From NCBI GenBank assembly GCA_030141605.1, contig JAQGDQ010000866.1:22700-86699 (forward strand): 64,000 nucleotides of DNA, given 5' to 3'. Positions 26,420 through 40,800 of this stretch are shown one piece after another. The DNA is from Tubiluchus corallicola. Its lineage: Eukaryota > Animalia > Priapulida. The translations under genes were made by a program, and so were the position numbers. The number at the start of each line of letters is the position of its first letter. Position 1 is the first letter of the stretch. Under the pieces are notes generated by a model. It made no database searches, was not told where the DNA came from, and saw only the letters and a program-made list of their open reading frames with translations.

Positions 26420-29400
26420 ACGAAGTTGGATCCTGGGGTGTTTCTCACACACGTGTTCCTACTGAATCTAGACCAGGTAATGTTGCAGTTATTGCTGGCT
26501 TCTATGAGGATGTGGCTTCGGTAACTAAAGGTATGTGGCTTCAGTAACTAAAGGTAATTGTTTGTAAGCATAAACTCCTCGTGGTTTATCGTTATTTGTC
26601 TAGCTACATTGGTTCATAGTTCGTATATTATATTCTTTCTGATGTTGTGATATGCTAAATGAAAATGTAGTTCAACATGCAGCGTGATATACGAAAAGTC
26701 CTCAAATTTTAAGTTTAAAAGTCCAAAATTCTGCTTCACCTCTGTGATCTCAATTGAATATATTTGAACTCAGAGGTACGGCACCTGCTTTTTGTGCAAT
26801 GTGTTTCCGGCATGCAGCTGCTACTGCACGTCTAACCGCGAATGATGAAGTGCATGTAACAGCGAAGAACTAGATGCACCGAATGCGAGGTTACGTTTCT
26901 GCGGTTCGTTCGCATAAGTCTTTCTTGAAAAATGAGCAGGTTTTGTCGGATAGACGTTTTGAGCTACAAGTTTATAAGATTGGGTCCGGTTTTTCCTTTA
27001 AGAAGACTGCGAAGTCGTGTAGTGACCAAGAAAGACAAACGTATCTGATCTGTCAAGGACAGGAGGCAGCGCTGGCATTATCTCATGTGCCAAACAAATT
27101 CTAGTTTTCCGTTTCTCGTGTTACGATATTGGGGTTTATAACTTGTTCCATAACAACGTAGCAATAATATTTTATAATCACCTGATATTATACTAAACTT
27201 ATTTTACATCAAAATGGAATTTATTGCTGACCGGCTTCAAACAAAACTGTTCATTATCAAGAGCTTCCAAAAGAAAGAAATTTTCCAGAATTTAGAAACA
27301 ACATCGAAATACAATTCAGTAGTTAATAGCCAAAAGATATATGATATAATATTAGATAGATAATTTAACAAATTACATATCTTGATTGGTACGAAACTAT
27401 TTAACACTCCACAAACTAACAAATATGTCAGTTGTAACAAAACTGTCAGTTCTATACTATCTGTCTTAGTTATTAACTACTGAATTGCATTTCAATGTTG
27501 TTTCTAAATTTTGGTAAATTTCTATCTCTTAGATGCCTTGATAATGAACAGTTTGTTCGAAGTCTGTCGGCAATGAACTCTATTTTGACGTAGTTACATT
27601 TGTTCTTCCAAATATGGATAATTCTAAGCTTATTTTATATTGATACAGTTTTTATCTTGTAACAGGCTGGAAAGAAAACCCTGTTGAATTCGACTCATTG
27701 TTTAATGAAAGTCGTTACACTTGGTGTTGGGGCAGCCCAGACATCTTGCCAATGTTTGCAAAAGGTAAGCATGCTGAACAAGTTTCTGAACTCTATTTCA
27801 GTTCACAGTAATGCTTTAACTTCTTCAGGACTGTAAGTGTTTGCTGTGTGTTAGTAAAAAAATAAATACAGTAACATCCCAAACTTAACTTCTTCAGGAC
27901 TGTAAGTGTTTGCTGTGTGTTAGTAAAAAAATAAATACAGTAACATCCCAAACTTAACTTCTTCAGGACCATAAGTGTTTGCTGTGTGTTAGTAAAAAAA
28001 TAAATACAGTAAAATCCCAAACTTAACTTCTTCAGGACTGTAAGTGTTTGCTGTATGTTAGTAAAAAAAATAAATACAGTAACATCCCAAACTTAACTTC
28101 TTCAGGACCATAAGTGTTTGCTGTGTGTTAGTAAAAAAATAAATACAGTAACATCCCAAACTTAACTTCTTCAGGACTGTAAGTGTTTGCTGTGTGTTAG
28201 TAAAAAAATAAATACAGTAACATCCCACACTTAACTTCTTCAGGACCGTAAGCGTTTGTTGCATTTTGAATGGTTTCGTAAAAAACTGCTCTCACTAAGC
28301 AGCGATTAGGTTATATGTGACAATTATTGTAGGTTTCTATTCCCCACACAATGGACTTTCGTGCATAATTATATATGAAATACATTTGCTTACCTAAATA
28401 AATTAAAATTCGATTTTTGACCGGAAAATTGAAAACTTTCAGTAACTGCAGTGTTTGCACTGTAACAATGTACAGTATCACTTGTGTTGTGTGAAATCAG
28501 CTAATGTAGAAAATTTCAACTATCCAGACACAACACTCTGATAAACTTTGGCCTCAAGTCTACTCTATTTTTAAGAAGGAAATCCTATTAAAAGATGAAA
28601 TTACCTTAATTTCTCTTTGGCTGATTGGTTGGTTTTTCCTGGAACTCTGTACACCAGACACTTCTCTTGAGTTGTAGCAAGCAGGTAATCAATAAAATTG
28701 TGTGTACGATCACGCAAGTGTACACCAGACTAAGCTACTCGATAGGCTAAGTTGGAGTGCCTGAATAAGGCACATTTTCTTGGAGTTAAATCACTTATAA
28801 ATGTTTAAACAAACAGCACGATTGGACAGCCGAGATCCTGCTGAATAGAACAATACCTAATTTGTAATCATTTAGTTATGTCTGTGCTCATACAGTAGCA
28901 GAAACGTCATAGGTCTTATAAGACCTATTCCAGACTGTTACAGGTACAGGTGGCGATGTTGGAGTCTGAGCTAGAAGGAGGAAATCTTAGGTCTGCTCTG
29001 TCATGCTGGGCTGGTAACCTAAAGCACAAGAAAACCCTTCATAAACATAAAGCTTGAAAAATTTGTTTTGATATATTATATCACTTACATACTGCCTTTT
29101 TACATGCAGGACTTCAGTCAGCAGTAACGTTGTCTAAAACATGTAAATTTAAACTCCTACGATGACCGTTAGATGCAGCCATTTTCACGACAGGTCATTT
29201 GAAACAAGTTTAGGTAACATTTTGTAAAGTTTGAAAAAATAATCAGAGCACAAGTCACCAACTGAATAAAATTTAATATAACTGTATCTTGTCAATAAGA
29301 TTAAAAATACGTTTTTCGCTTAGTAAGTAGTGCACCCTGTAGGGTGAGTCAGCGACATTTTACCAATTGGCGAAAACATTTTGAATAATTAATAATTTTC

Positions 29401-31814
29401 TTTTCTAGTTACATAAGTCTTTCTAGCAGGTAAGCGAAAATTTAAGCAATATAGATTTGCACGGAAAGTCTTTTGAGACATAATTTAACATTGCCTTTTC
29501 TTCCCCTGATTTACGTTTGGTGCATGGCGTCATGTAATGGCGACTTCGGAACAGTATTGCGGGAGATTTAAAATGAAAACAAAAAATTCCTTTCAGTGCG
29601 AGTACGATATACACATAAAATTGTTATAAAGTATTATAATTTTTTAAGGCGATTTTTCTGAAACCAACTTCAGGAACCTCTTTTCTTATCCTTTAAGTCA
29701 TAGAGCATGGAAGTACTAATCCCAGGTCACTGGTTCAAATCCTGACTGGTCAACAATTTTTCACTGTCTAATTCTCCAACTCATTACCCGCAGTAGGTAA
29801 TAATTGGTAAAATAAACCGTAATGGTTCATAAAAAACTTCTGACAAATCACAGTCATAATTAATTATAATTATTATCTCATGTTGTAATCTACAGGAGCG
29901 AGTGGATCCCACATCTTCACTCACATGTACGAAGCTGAATTTGAGGATTTTGCCTCCGAAGACGCATCAAAGTTAGACGTCTGGGTTTTTGACAAAGTCA
30001 AAGTGAGTGTATTCAAAGCTTAAGGGTATCACAGCAATGCGTCTTAACTTTAACCGTCACATGACGTGTGGGTAAAGCAATGTAGTCTGCCACATCAGTT
30101 TAGTAAGGTTAAGTGTATCACAGCAACGCATCTTAACTTTAACCGTCACATGATGTGTGCGTAAAGCAAAGCAGTCTGCTACATCAGTTTAGTAAGGTTA
30201 AGTGTACCACAGCAACGCATCTCAACTTCAACTGTCACATGATGTGTGGGTAAAGCAAAGCAGTCTGCCACATCAGTTTAGTAACTTCAGTTGTTTTTTG
30301 TGGACTTTACATAATTATGCACTAGTCTGTGCGTAGAGTGATTTACTAGCAGGATGTTGCTTGGGATGAACTAGGTAAGGTTCTAGTTGGCTGTCAAAAC
30401 TTACTATTACAACAGCATAGGCTGTGAGGCTTTGTCAAGTGTACACTAATGTGTTGTCTGGTACACTTAACCTTTGACCTCTTCACGATCATCATCAATC
30501 GTGGGAACTGTGAAAAGGTTTACTGTATGTGGAATTTCGGTGAACTTTTAACTGCTGGTATTTTCTGACTATTTTGTTATAATAGATTCATTTAAATTAA
30601 TGCGACATTTTGACTATTTTTGTGCTCAGGAATTTTTTGAGAAAGCTAAAAAAGATGAAGAATTAGCTGAGAAGATAAGCCAGGATAAAGTTGTTTTCTT
30701 CTTACATTTGCTGGGACTGGACACACAAGGTCATTCTCATAGACCCATGTCACGGTAGGCAAACCTGTGTAATTAAACTTCTTTAATACTACAGTAGGCA
30801 CCACTTAATAGACTCACTTTGGGATGGAAGTATTTTGACCCAATTAACCGACTGAATCAATTAGCCGAAGGGTTTAGTATATTATTGCTATACATACACT
30901 CACACACTCACTCGCTCGCGCGCACACACACACACACACACACTCACATACACACACACTACACACACACACTACACACACACACACACACACTACACAC
31001 ACACACAACACACACACACTACACACACACACAGAACACACACACACTACACACACACAACACACACACACAACACACACACACACAACACACACACACT
31101 ACACACACACACAGAACACACACACACACTACACACACACACACTACACACACACAGAACACACACACACAGAACACACACACACACACACACTACACAC
31201 ACACACAACACACACACACTACACACACACACAGAACACACACACACTACACACACACAACACACACACACAACACACACACACACAACACACACACACT
31301 ACACACACACACAGAACACACACACACACTACACACACACACACTACACACACACAGAACACACACACACAGAACACACACACACACACACACTACACAC
31401 ACACACAACACACACACACTACACACACACACAGAACACACACACACTACACACACACAACACACACACACAACACACACACACACAACACACACACACT
31501 ACACACACACACAGAACACACACACACACTACACACACACACACTACACACACACAGAACACACACACACAGAACACACACACACACACACACTACACAC
31601 ACACACAACACACACACACTACACACACACACAGAACACACACACACTACACACACACAACACACACACACAACACACACACACACAACACACACACACT
31701 ACACACACACACAACACACACACACACACACACACTACACACACACACACACACACACGCACACACACACACTACACACACACACACACTACACACACAC
31801 ACAACACACATACA

Positions 31815-31851
<37 letters not shown>

Positions 31852-34800
31852 CACACACACGCACACACACACACATGATATAATGTAAATGATTTTAAAT
31901 AGAACCATAGTAAAGATCAACAAAACAATAACAGGTTGATGGTCTTGTCTCACACCAATGGCTACTACCTGAATGCTGGTCAAGCTCAAGCTATCTCGGT
32001 TAAATCGTTTTAAATATTCGCTTTTAAAAACAAAAGCTTTAGCAAAAATTCTTCCAAATTCTTGACAAGGTTTTTTCATCCCTGCTGAGTTCTGAGTCTT
32101 CCTAAAATGAATGGAAGACAGAATTGTGCTCACATACGTTAAGCAATAACCAGATTGTTTATACTGAAGAGCATTTTACTTCAAGCATAAAAGTTCACTT
32201 ACAGCACCAGTGAGAATAACTGTCCTAGCTTCAACTTCAAATTCACAATAACAATAAAACCTTTCATTCTATTCATTCTCATAGATCCATGTCACGTTAG
32301 GCAAAACCATGTAACTAAACATCTTTTATATTTTATTTCATTTAACGCTTTATTTTGAATCAAAATTCATATTTACACTCACAAAATAAAAAACAAACAT
32401 AAAAAATACATGCACCACAATTATACGATATCTACAACATTACATACTACATACACAAAAGATAAAGATAAATTATCCAGTGATGCTTAGCACCAGAAAG
32501 TGCCTAACTATAATTACAATATAACAAGATCCTCCACTGTCTTCTAATGTCAGAAGTGTAAGCCACTTTCAGTTAAAGCTTTAATTAATAAATTTGTACT
32601 ACACAATACTCTCATGTACAAACTGTAAGCCATTTTCCTGTGTATAACATCAAAGTTTGTAACATTATGATTTACTGAAAATATTCTAGCATTCTCATCG
32701 TATGAATAAGTGAAAAGTTTCCGTTTAGAGATGTTATGAACTACTTTAAGTTTAGTTAAACTGTAGTTATAAAAATGCCGCCACATTGCCATACCATAGA
32801 ATGAATTACGAATTGAACAAACAAGTTTTAACGCTATTTGTACAATGATAAAATTTTCTCAAGATACTGTTTGCTCTAACATAGTAAATATTTCTTCGCC
32901 TAATAATGTCTATGTCATTCTTATTATCTCTAGAAATTATGTGGCCAAGATACGTCTCCGTTTCGCACGAACGAATTACGCTAGTAGCTACAGTAATAGA
33001 TCCAAAACTGAACTGGTGCATACTGGGGGGGGGGGGGGGTAATGCTTAGAATGCTTAGATAGTAACACTACAGTAGGCACCACTTAATAGACTCACTTTG
33101 GGATGGAAATATTTTGACCCAGTTAACCGACTGAATCGATTAGCCGAAGGGTTTAGTATATTACTACTGTACCAGTATGAGTCATCACCTTACTATGCAT
33201 TGCAAAGGCTTTTAAATGAATTTTAGAAACAAATTAATGTCAAAATTCCTATAAGTAATTATTTAAGTTTGCAGCCAACGACTAGAGGTCATGTGACCCA
33301 ACGGCCATGTGTAGAGGAGTAAACCTTCTAAATCAGGAGTGGAGCCCCGACCAGTGCAGCATGCTCACTGACTCCGGCAGCTCCTGCAGCCAACCTGGTG
33401 CCAAACGTATCGCTCCGCTTTCCTTTGGACTACACCAAAGACGAAGAGAGGGGGTTCCTGTTGTCTGGGCAACTCAGTATCTCCATACCCCTTGCCCATG
33501 CGTGCGCCCTGGAGACGTTCAAGGATCGCACTGCTCAGCCACAGTCGATACTGCAGCTCCATCAATGTGATCAATAACTGACTCTCTTGGCGCACATTCC
33601 ATTGTCTTCCGAGACAGAAGGATGCCAACACAATTATTTAAGAATACTAATTTACATACGTGAATTAATAAAATAATTAATAGGAACGGCCCATTAATAG
33701 GATCTGGGAACCAGACATTTTTGAGTCAATTAAGTGACTGATTCTATTAACTGTGAGTCTAATAAACTGTGCTTTACTGTATAACGAAAATGATTACCAT
33801 TACAACTGATCTTTTAGGGAAATGGGTTAGACATTTTCCAATCACTTTGCTATGTATTTATTTAAAAACATTATTATTGGTTTAAAAGTGTAGTGTCTTT
33901 GGTTTAAATTGTTGAGTTTGACTTGTGTAATTGTGTTCTTGATAACATGGTATAGGTTTTTTATAGCGCTGTATATGTGTGTAATTGTGTTCTTGTTAAC
34001 GTGCTATAGGTTTTTTGTAGCGCTGTATATGTGTGTAAGTGTGTTCTTGTTAACGTGGTATAGGTTTTTTGTAGCGTTCTATATGTGTGTAATTGTGTTC
34101 TTGATAACATGATATAGGTTTTTTGTAGCGCTGTATATGTGTGTAATTGTGTTCTTGTTAACGTGCTATAGGTTTTTTGTAGCGCTGTATATGTGTGTAA
34201 TTGTGTTCTTGTTAACGTGATATAGGTTTTTTGTAGCGCTGTATATGTGTGTAATTGTGTTCTTGTTAACGTGGTATAGGTTTTTTGTAGCGCTGTATAT
34301 GTGTGTAATTGTGTTCTTGATAACGTGGTGTAGGTTTTTTGTAGCGCTGTATATGTGTGTAATTGTGTTCTTGATAACGTGGTATAGGTTTTTCATAGCG
34401 CTGTATATGTGTGTAAGTGTGTTCTTGTTAACGTGGTATAGGTTTTTTGTAGCGCTGTATGTGTGTGTAATTGTGTTCTTGATAACGTGGTGTAGGTTTT
34501 TTGTAGCGCTGTATGTGTGTGTAATTGTGTTCTTGATAACATGATATAGGTTTTTTGTAGCGCTGTATATGTGTGTAATTGTGTTCTTGTTAACGTGGTA
34601 TAGGTTTTTTGTAGCGCTGTATATGTGTGTAATTGTGTTCTTGATAACGTGGTGTAGGTTTTTTGTAGCGTTCTATATGTGTGTAATTGTGTTCTTGATA
34701 ACATGATATAGGTTTTTTGTAGTGCTGTGTATGTGTGTAAGTGTGTTCTTGTTAACGTGGTATAGGTTTTTCATAGCGCTGTATATGTGTGTAATTGTGT

Positions 34801-37800
34801 TCTTGTTAACGTGGTATAGGTTTTTCATAGCGCTGTATATGTGTGTAAGTGTGTTCTTGTTAACGTGGTATAGGTTTTTTGTAGCGCTGTATATGTGTGT
34901 AAGTGTGTTCTTGTTAACCTGGTTTAGGTTTTTTTGTAGTACTGTATGTGTGTGTAATTGTGTCTTTATAATCGGTGTGTGTATTGTGTGATTTGTAATT
35001 GTGATTACCTAATAAAATATCTTATTATCTTATTTAGCGATATTTACATAGCTTACCAATAGAAAAGAAATTGATACAATAACAAATAGCTAAGTGTTTG
35101 AAAATAAACTTAAACAAATTGAACTGCTTTGTAAATTAAAAGCTATATAATGAACTTATAGTGTTTTAACTATAAATGTTTTCAAGTGCCTGCAATAAAC
35201 AATTTGACTTAAGTGTTTGTATTAAATGTTACAAAAGTTTGAGGGAGGGACCTAAGCTGTAGCCTATACTAGCTTATAGGACAGTCCAGCCCTGAATGAA
35301 TTTTGGGATTATGAAACACCCTAACACTGTTATTAAATTTATAAATCATTTGGGTGCTTTTTACCCAATATAATGTCTTAAAAGGTTAGTATGGAATCTT
35401 TGAAATTTTTCTCGAAATGATATCAGTTTTTTTTTGTATTCAACATTGTTTTAAAATGATATTTTTTTTGATTGTCACATTTCTAAAATTTCTTTTTTAA
35501 GGGAGTACAATGACAACATCAGATTAGTGGATGAGAAAATACAAGAGATCGTTACACTAATTAGCAATTTCTACGATGACGACAATCTGACGAGTTTCAT
35601 CTTCACATCCGACCACGGCATGACTGACTGGGGTAAATTTAAAATCTCGCAAATTCTAGATCACATTAAAGCTTGAAATGCTGTTAGAATATTTAAAATA
35701 ATTGGGAAGTAAGCCTTTTCGCAGTTCCAGCGATTGATTATGATCGTGAAAAGGTCAAAGGTTAAGTGTACCTAACAACGCATTTGTGTACACTTTACAA
35801 CGCCTCTCAACCCAAGCTATTGTAATAGTAACAGTTTTAACAGCTAGCCAGAACCTTACCTAGTTCATTTTTTGTTGTTCCCAAGCAAAATCCTGCTAGT
35901 AAATCAGTCTACACTCAGACCAATGGATAATTAAGTAAAGTCTACGTAAAACAACTGAAGTTACTGAACTAATGTGCCAGTCGGCTTTGCATTAAAAACA
36001 CGTGTTATGACACGATCGTAGGTAACATGTGTTGCTGTGATACACTTAACCTTTGACCTACAGCAGCTGCACATGTGCACAACGAAACTGTGAAAAGACT
36101 TCTTATGATCAGATACAAGTGAAATGTAAATAATTTTTAACAAAATTTAGAAAAAGCATTGTCTAATCATTTGAATATTTGTCATTATTTAGGGTCACAT
36201 GGAACGGGTCACCCTCAGGAGACATTAACACCACTGGTCGCATGGGGGTCAGGTACTCGTGGCCCTATCTTGAGGACAAACGAAGCGGACGATCTTAGCA
36301 TCTCCTGGGGTCTCCATCATCTTCATCGCTCGGACGTAGAACAGGCCGACATAACTCCACTTATGGCGACTTTAATCGGAATCCCTTTTCCCGTGAATTC
36401 CGTCGGAGTTCTCCCAATTGATTATCTAGGTACGTCGGACGAGTTCAAGTCCTCTGCGTTGCTCACGAATGCTCGTCAGATGGCAGAACAGTACAAAGTA
36501 AAAGAAGAGGAGAAAAGGCTCACCACGATTTCTTTATTATTTCGTCCGTTTGCGATGCTGACGAAAACGAGGATACAAGAGAAACAACGAAGAATAGAAA
36601 ATCTCATGAGAAACAAGAGTCATGACGAAGCCAATAATGCCAGTAAAGAGTTAATCTCGTTGACCTTGGAAGGGTTAAAGTTTTATCAGACTTACGACAG
36701 GCCGTTTCTCAGCTTGTGCATAATCTCAATATTTTGTGGTTGGATCGTTTACGTTTTCGTGCTTCTCATCCAGAATCACACGGACATTGTTCCACACAGA
36801 GGGCAACAATTAGACAGGGCATTCTGGGATAGAAACAATGTGAAGTCTTTAAGTGGCGTAGTTTTAATCATCTGTTTTTTACTGTTTGGTAAGTTGAAGT
36901 TTTGCTGTTTTCACACATCTGCTTGTTGTTTCAAGTTGAGTTGCATTTTAACCTGATAAATTTAACTGGTAAATTTAATGTTCACTTCGAATAAATAAGC
37001 CTTTTCACAGTTTCTCTGTTCATACGCGCAGTTGCTGTAGGTCAAAGGTTAAGTGTACCAAAGCAATGCGTGTTAACTACAACCGTCTCGTGCCGTCTAT
37101 GTAAAGCAAAGCTGTCTGCCGCATCAGTTCAGTAACTTCAGCTGTTTTACGTGGACCTTATTAAATTTGTTTTAGCCTGTGCGTACGGTGATTTATTAGC
37201 AGGATCTTGCTTGGCTTTCACAGTTTCGCTGTGCACACGTGCAGCTGCTGTAGGTCAAAGGTTAAGTGTACCACAGCAACACATGTTATCTATGATCGTT
37301 ACATGACACGTGTTTTTAAAGAAAAGCCGACTGGCACATCAGTTCAGTAACTTCAGTTGTTTTACCTGGACTTTGATTAATCATGCATTATTCTGTGCCT
37401 AGAGTGATTTACTAGCAGGATCTCACTTGGCAACGAAAAAATGAACTAGGTAAGGTTCTAGCTGTTAAAAGTGTTACTATTACAACAGCATGGGCTGCGA
37501 GGCGTTGTCAAGTGTACACAAATGCCATGTCTGGTACACTTAACCTTTGACCTTTTCACAATCGTCATCAATTGCTGAAACTTTGAAAAGGCTGATGAAC
37601 ATAACTTAACTTTCCGCATTTTTAATGTTACTCATAACTTTTATTAAAGAGACTTTGGGTAGAAATTTGATCGTTGATTTAATCAGACGACCTTGACAAA
37701 TGAGTTGTGTAAATGTACGCTCGTTTCAAAAACACGGAAGACAGGTTGGTCAAATAAAGTAACGTCTCCATTAACAAAAAGTTGCCAATTTTCAAACATG

Positions 37801-40800
37801 TGTTCAGAGCGAGTGGCTGTTTTCTTTGCTCCCCCCTCCCCCCATCAGCTACGCCACTGACACACAACACTAGTAATTTGTTGTTTCTTTCGGAAGTGGT
37901 GCTGACAAGCCACTGACGTAGCAGTGTCTAGTTTTTTTGCTGGATTACTACTGCGTTTACCTGTCTGAAGGCAGATTTCTTTTATTTTAGAATTCTGCCT
38001 GCCCAATGTCTACAATAGACGTGACGGGCGTATGACGATGATGATGATGATGAATTTGTTGTTTCACATTCGTTATGAATAAAAATTGAATGTTTTTCTT
38101 GCAGTTCAATCTAGCCCGGTTATGTATTACATCTATTGCTTACTGCCGCTGTTTCTATGGAGTCAAGTTTGGCAACAGTAAGTCATATTTATTCATTTGT
38201 AAAATATAATCTTCTCATTTCTAATTTGTTTGCTATTAAAGGAAAACAGTACATAATTTTAAACTATAGCTCAAAATAATCTAAGGCATAAAATATTGAA
38301 ACCGAACTTGTATTTGTTTGCTATTAAAGGAAAACAGCACATAATTTTAAACTATATCTAAAAACAATCTAAGGCATAAAATATTGAAACCGAACTTGTA
38401 TTTGTTTGCTATTAAAGGAAAACAGTACGTAATTTTAAACTATAGCTCAAAATAATCTAAGGCATAGAATATTGAAACCGAATTTGTATTTGTTTGCTAT
38501 TAAAGGAAAACAGTACATAATTTTAAACTATAGCTCAAAATAATCTAAGGCATAAAATATTGAAACCAAACTTGTATTTGTTTGCTATTAAAGGAAAACA
38601 GTACGTAATTTTAAACTATAGCTCAAAATAATCTAAGGCATAAAATATTGAAACCGAACTTGTATTTGTTTGCTATTAAAGGAAAACAGTACATAATTTT
38701 AAACTATAGCTCAAAATAATCTAAGGCATAAAATATTGAAACCGAACTTGTATTTGTTTGCTATTAAAGGAAAACAGTACATAATTTTAAACTGTAGCTC
38801 AAAATAATCTAAGGCATAAAATATTGAAACCGAATTTGTATTTTAAGAACTACTTATTAGGGGCGTATCCAGGTTGTAAAATAAAGGGGAGCAAGCACAT
38901 AAAAAGGCACCGTGACACGTGAAGCAATTACATGTTTGTCTATGCAGCAACATACAGTATCAGCATGTGACAAGAATATGTTATAATAATTAGATTTAGG
39001 GTTCCGTCACTCTTGGTCCAGTCACTCAACCTTGACAAATGAGTCATGTAAATGCACGCTCGTTTTAAAAGCAGGGGAAGCAGGTTGGTCAAATTGATTC
39101 CAGAAAATTCTTCCAAGGCCGTGCGATTACAAAATAAAAGAAAAGATTTGACTGTTGTCACACAAATTAACTGAAACGTTAAAAAACTGTCGGAAAGGCA
39201 CCAATTTTGAAAAATGTGTTCAGGGGGAGGTTAGGTTACTCCCCCCCCCCCCCCCCCCCGCTGTCCTATTAGCTAGGACACTGCTACTTATCTGAAAGAA
39301 TTATTACTGCAGAAACATAATTTTGCATTCGCATCGCTGGTTTCCTGCATATATCTGCCATTCCAGTTACATGGACACTAACGTTGTATCTCGGAAACAC
39401 ATTGCACAGAAGCATTGAAACATTTGCAAACTTTTGTGTTGCCGCAGTGGTAAACCATTGGTGTAGCGAGTAGTTGTGGTTCCTGGGGGCAAAAAGACTT
39501 CTAGCGCCCTACCCCTTTAATGTTTTGATCATTTGTTTCCTGGGTGAAGCCACAAATTTTGCACGTCTTATGCGTCTCTGAGCCCTACTTTCCTTTCTCG
39601 GCGTGATGGGATAAAGATAAATGAATTTTCTCTAAGAATGACCCTGAGTTTGACTTGTGGTACTGCAGCAGAGTAACTCTTTTCTATGCATTAGTTGCTC
39701 ATAACACGACAGTCATTAAACATTCAGCTCCAGCATTAAAACATGCAAAGATTATGAAAGATACAGAACACTGCAGGTTTTCACAATAATACAATCTGCA
39801 TTTAGAGAAACGTCACTGTTTCTCCCAAAATTATCAATCTGCTAAGCCACACGACACCCAATACATACCATTAAGTAACAACTTTAGTCTTTTTTGTAAG
39901 ATGTATGTAGTAATTAAGCTACAATGATCTCTGACTAGGCAATTTTGCTGAAGTTTGAAAATTTTTGATAATTGTTTCGTTAATGTAGGATCTATAATTA
40001 ATAATTAACAGTCATTGAACTCTACAAGAATTTTGCGGCCTCTCACCCTTGTGCCCCTGTGCGGTTGCTCCCTGTACCTCCACCTTGATACGCCTCATAA
40101 AATTCAAATTTTTAAACACAAATTATCTTAGTGTATCGCGGTCAACGTTGTACGTACAACACTGAATTTCAATTTTCGCTGTTGCAACGAAATGCTGATG
40201 GAATGTTTCTGTTCCGTAAAACTTTTTTTCATTCCTCATCGCATCATTTCGCCAGTTGCTAATTATTTTCTTTTTATTTATAATTATTATCACATTCAGT
40301 ACAATATAATAACATTAAGCTCACACTGACATCAAAATTATTACATCATACTGTATCAAATTGTTATGTTTCATACACTATCGTTATCATAAAAGAATAA
40401 TTGTACTGCAGTGGGCTAGAGAAGCAAAGGCTTGTATAAGCCCACTGTCATGTGAACCCGATAAAAAAAATGGATGAGTGAACAAAAAAGAACTAGGAGA
40501 AAGGTTAGATCACACAGGAAGGGTAGAAGGATGTGTTAGTAGAAATGGTAGGAAGAAAGATAATAGATTGTGCTATGTTGACATCAGTTTAGTTAAATTA
40601 AGTTTAAATTAAGTTTTCAAGTTAATGTTTAATTATCAGAAACACTGGAGTTTCTGTAAATGCTAAAATGTATACTTTCCTGTGTATACTTTGAAAGTAG
40701 GTCAGCATATGATAAAAAAAACTTTTTTTCCTTAAAGCAAGAATTCTAGTAGTCAAGTCACTGAATTAGAAGTGATTTTAGCCGCAATAAATGATTCGAT

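Noticed and set aside
22384-26524. Very long Cys/His/Ile-rich ORFs (up to 1332 aa) in all three + frames
   Set aside because: They are translations of a stop-free 43-bp satellite; the same peptide cycles through the frames and the DNA is intronic to PIGN.
27816-28260. GTAAGT and ACAG in each 69-bp unit as another splice-junction array
   Set aside because: The unit contains no sequence from the neighbouring exon, so it is not junction-derived; the motifs may be incidental.
30819-31883. 354-aa His/Thr ORF and Cys/Val ORFs on the opposite strand
   Set aside because: Translation of a (CA)n satellite.
33307-33631. GC-richer segment with 87-88 aa ORFs inside a MITE
   Set aside because: No recognisable protein motif or splice-consistent frame; probably an inserted repeat fragment.
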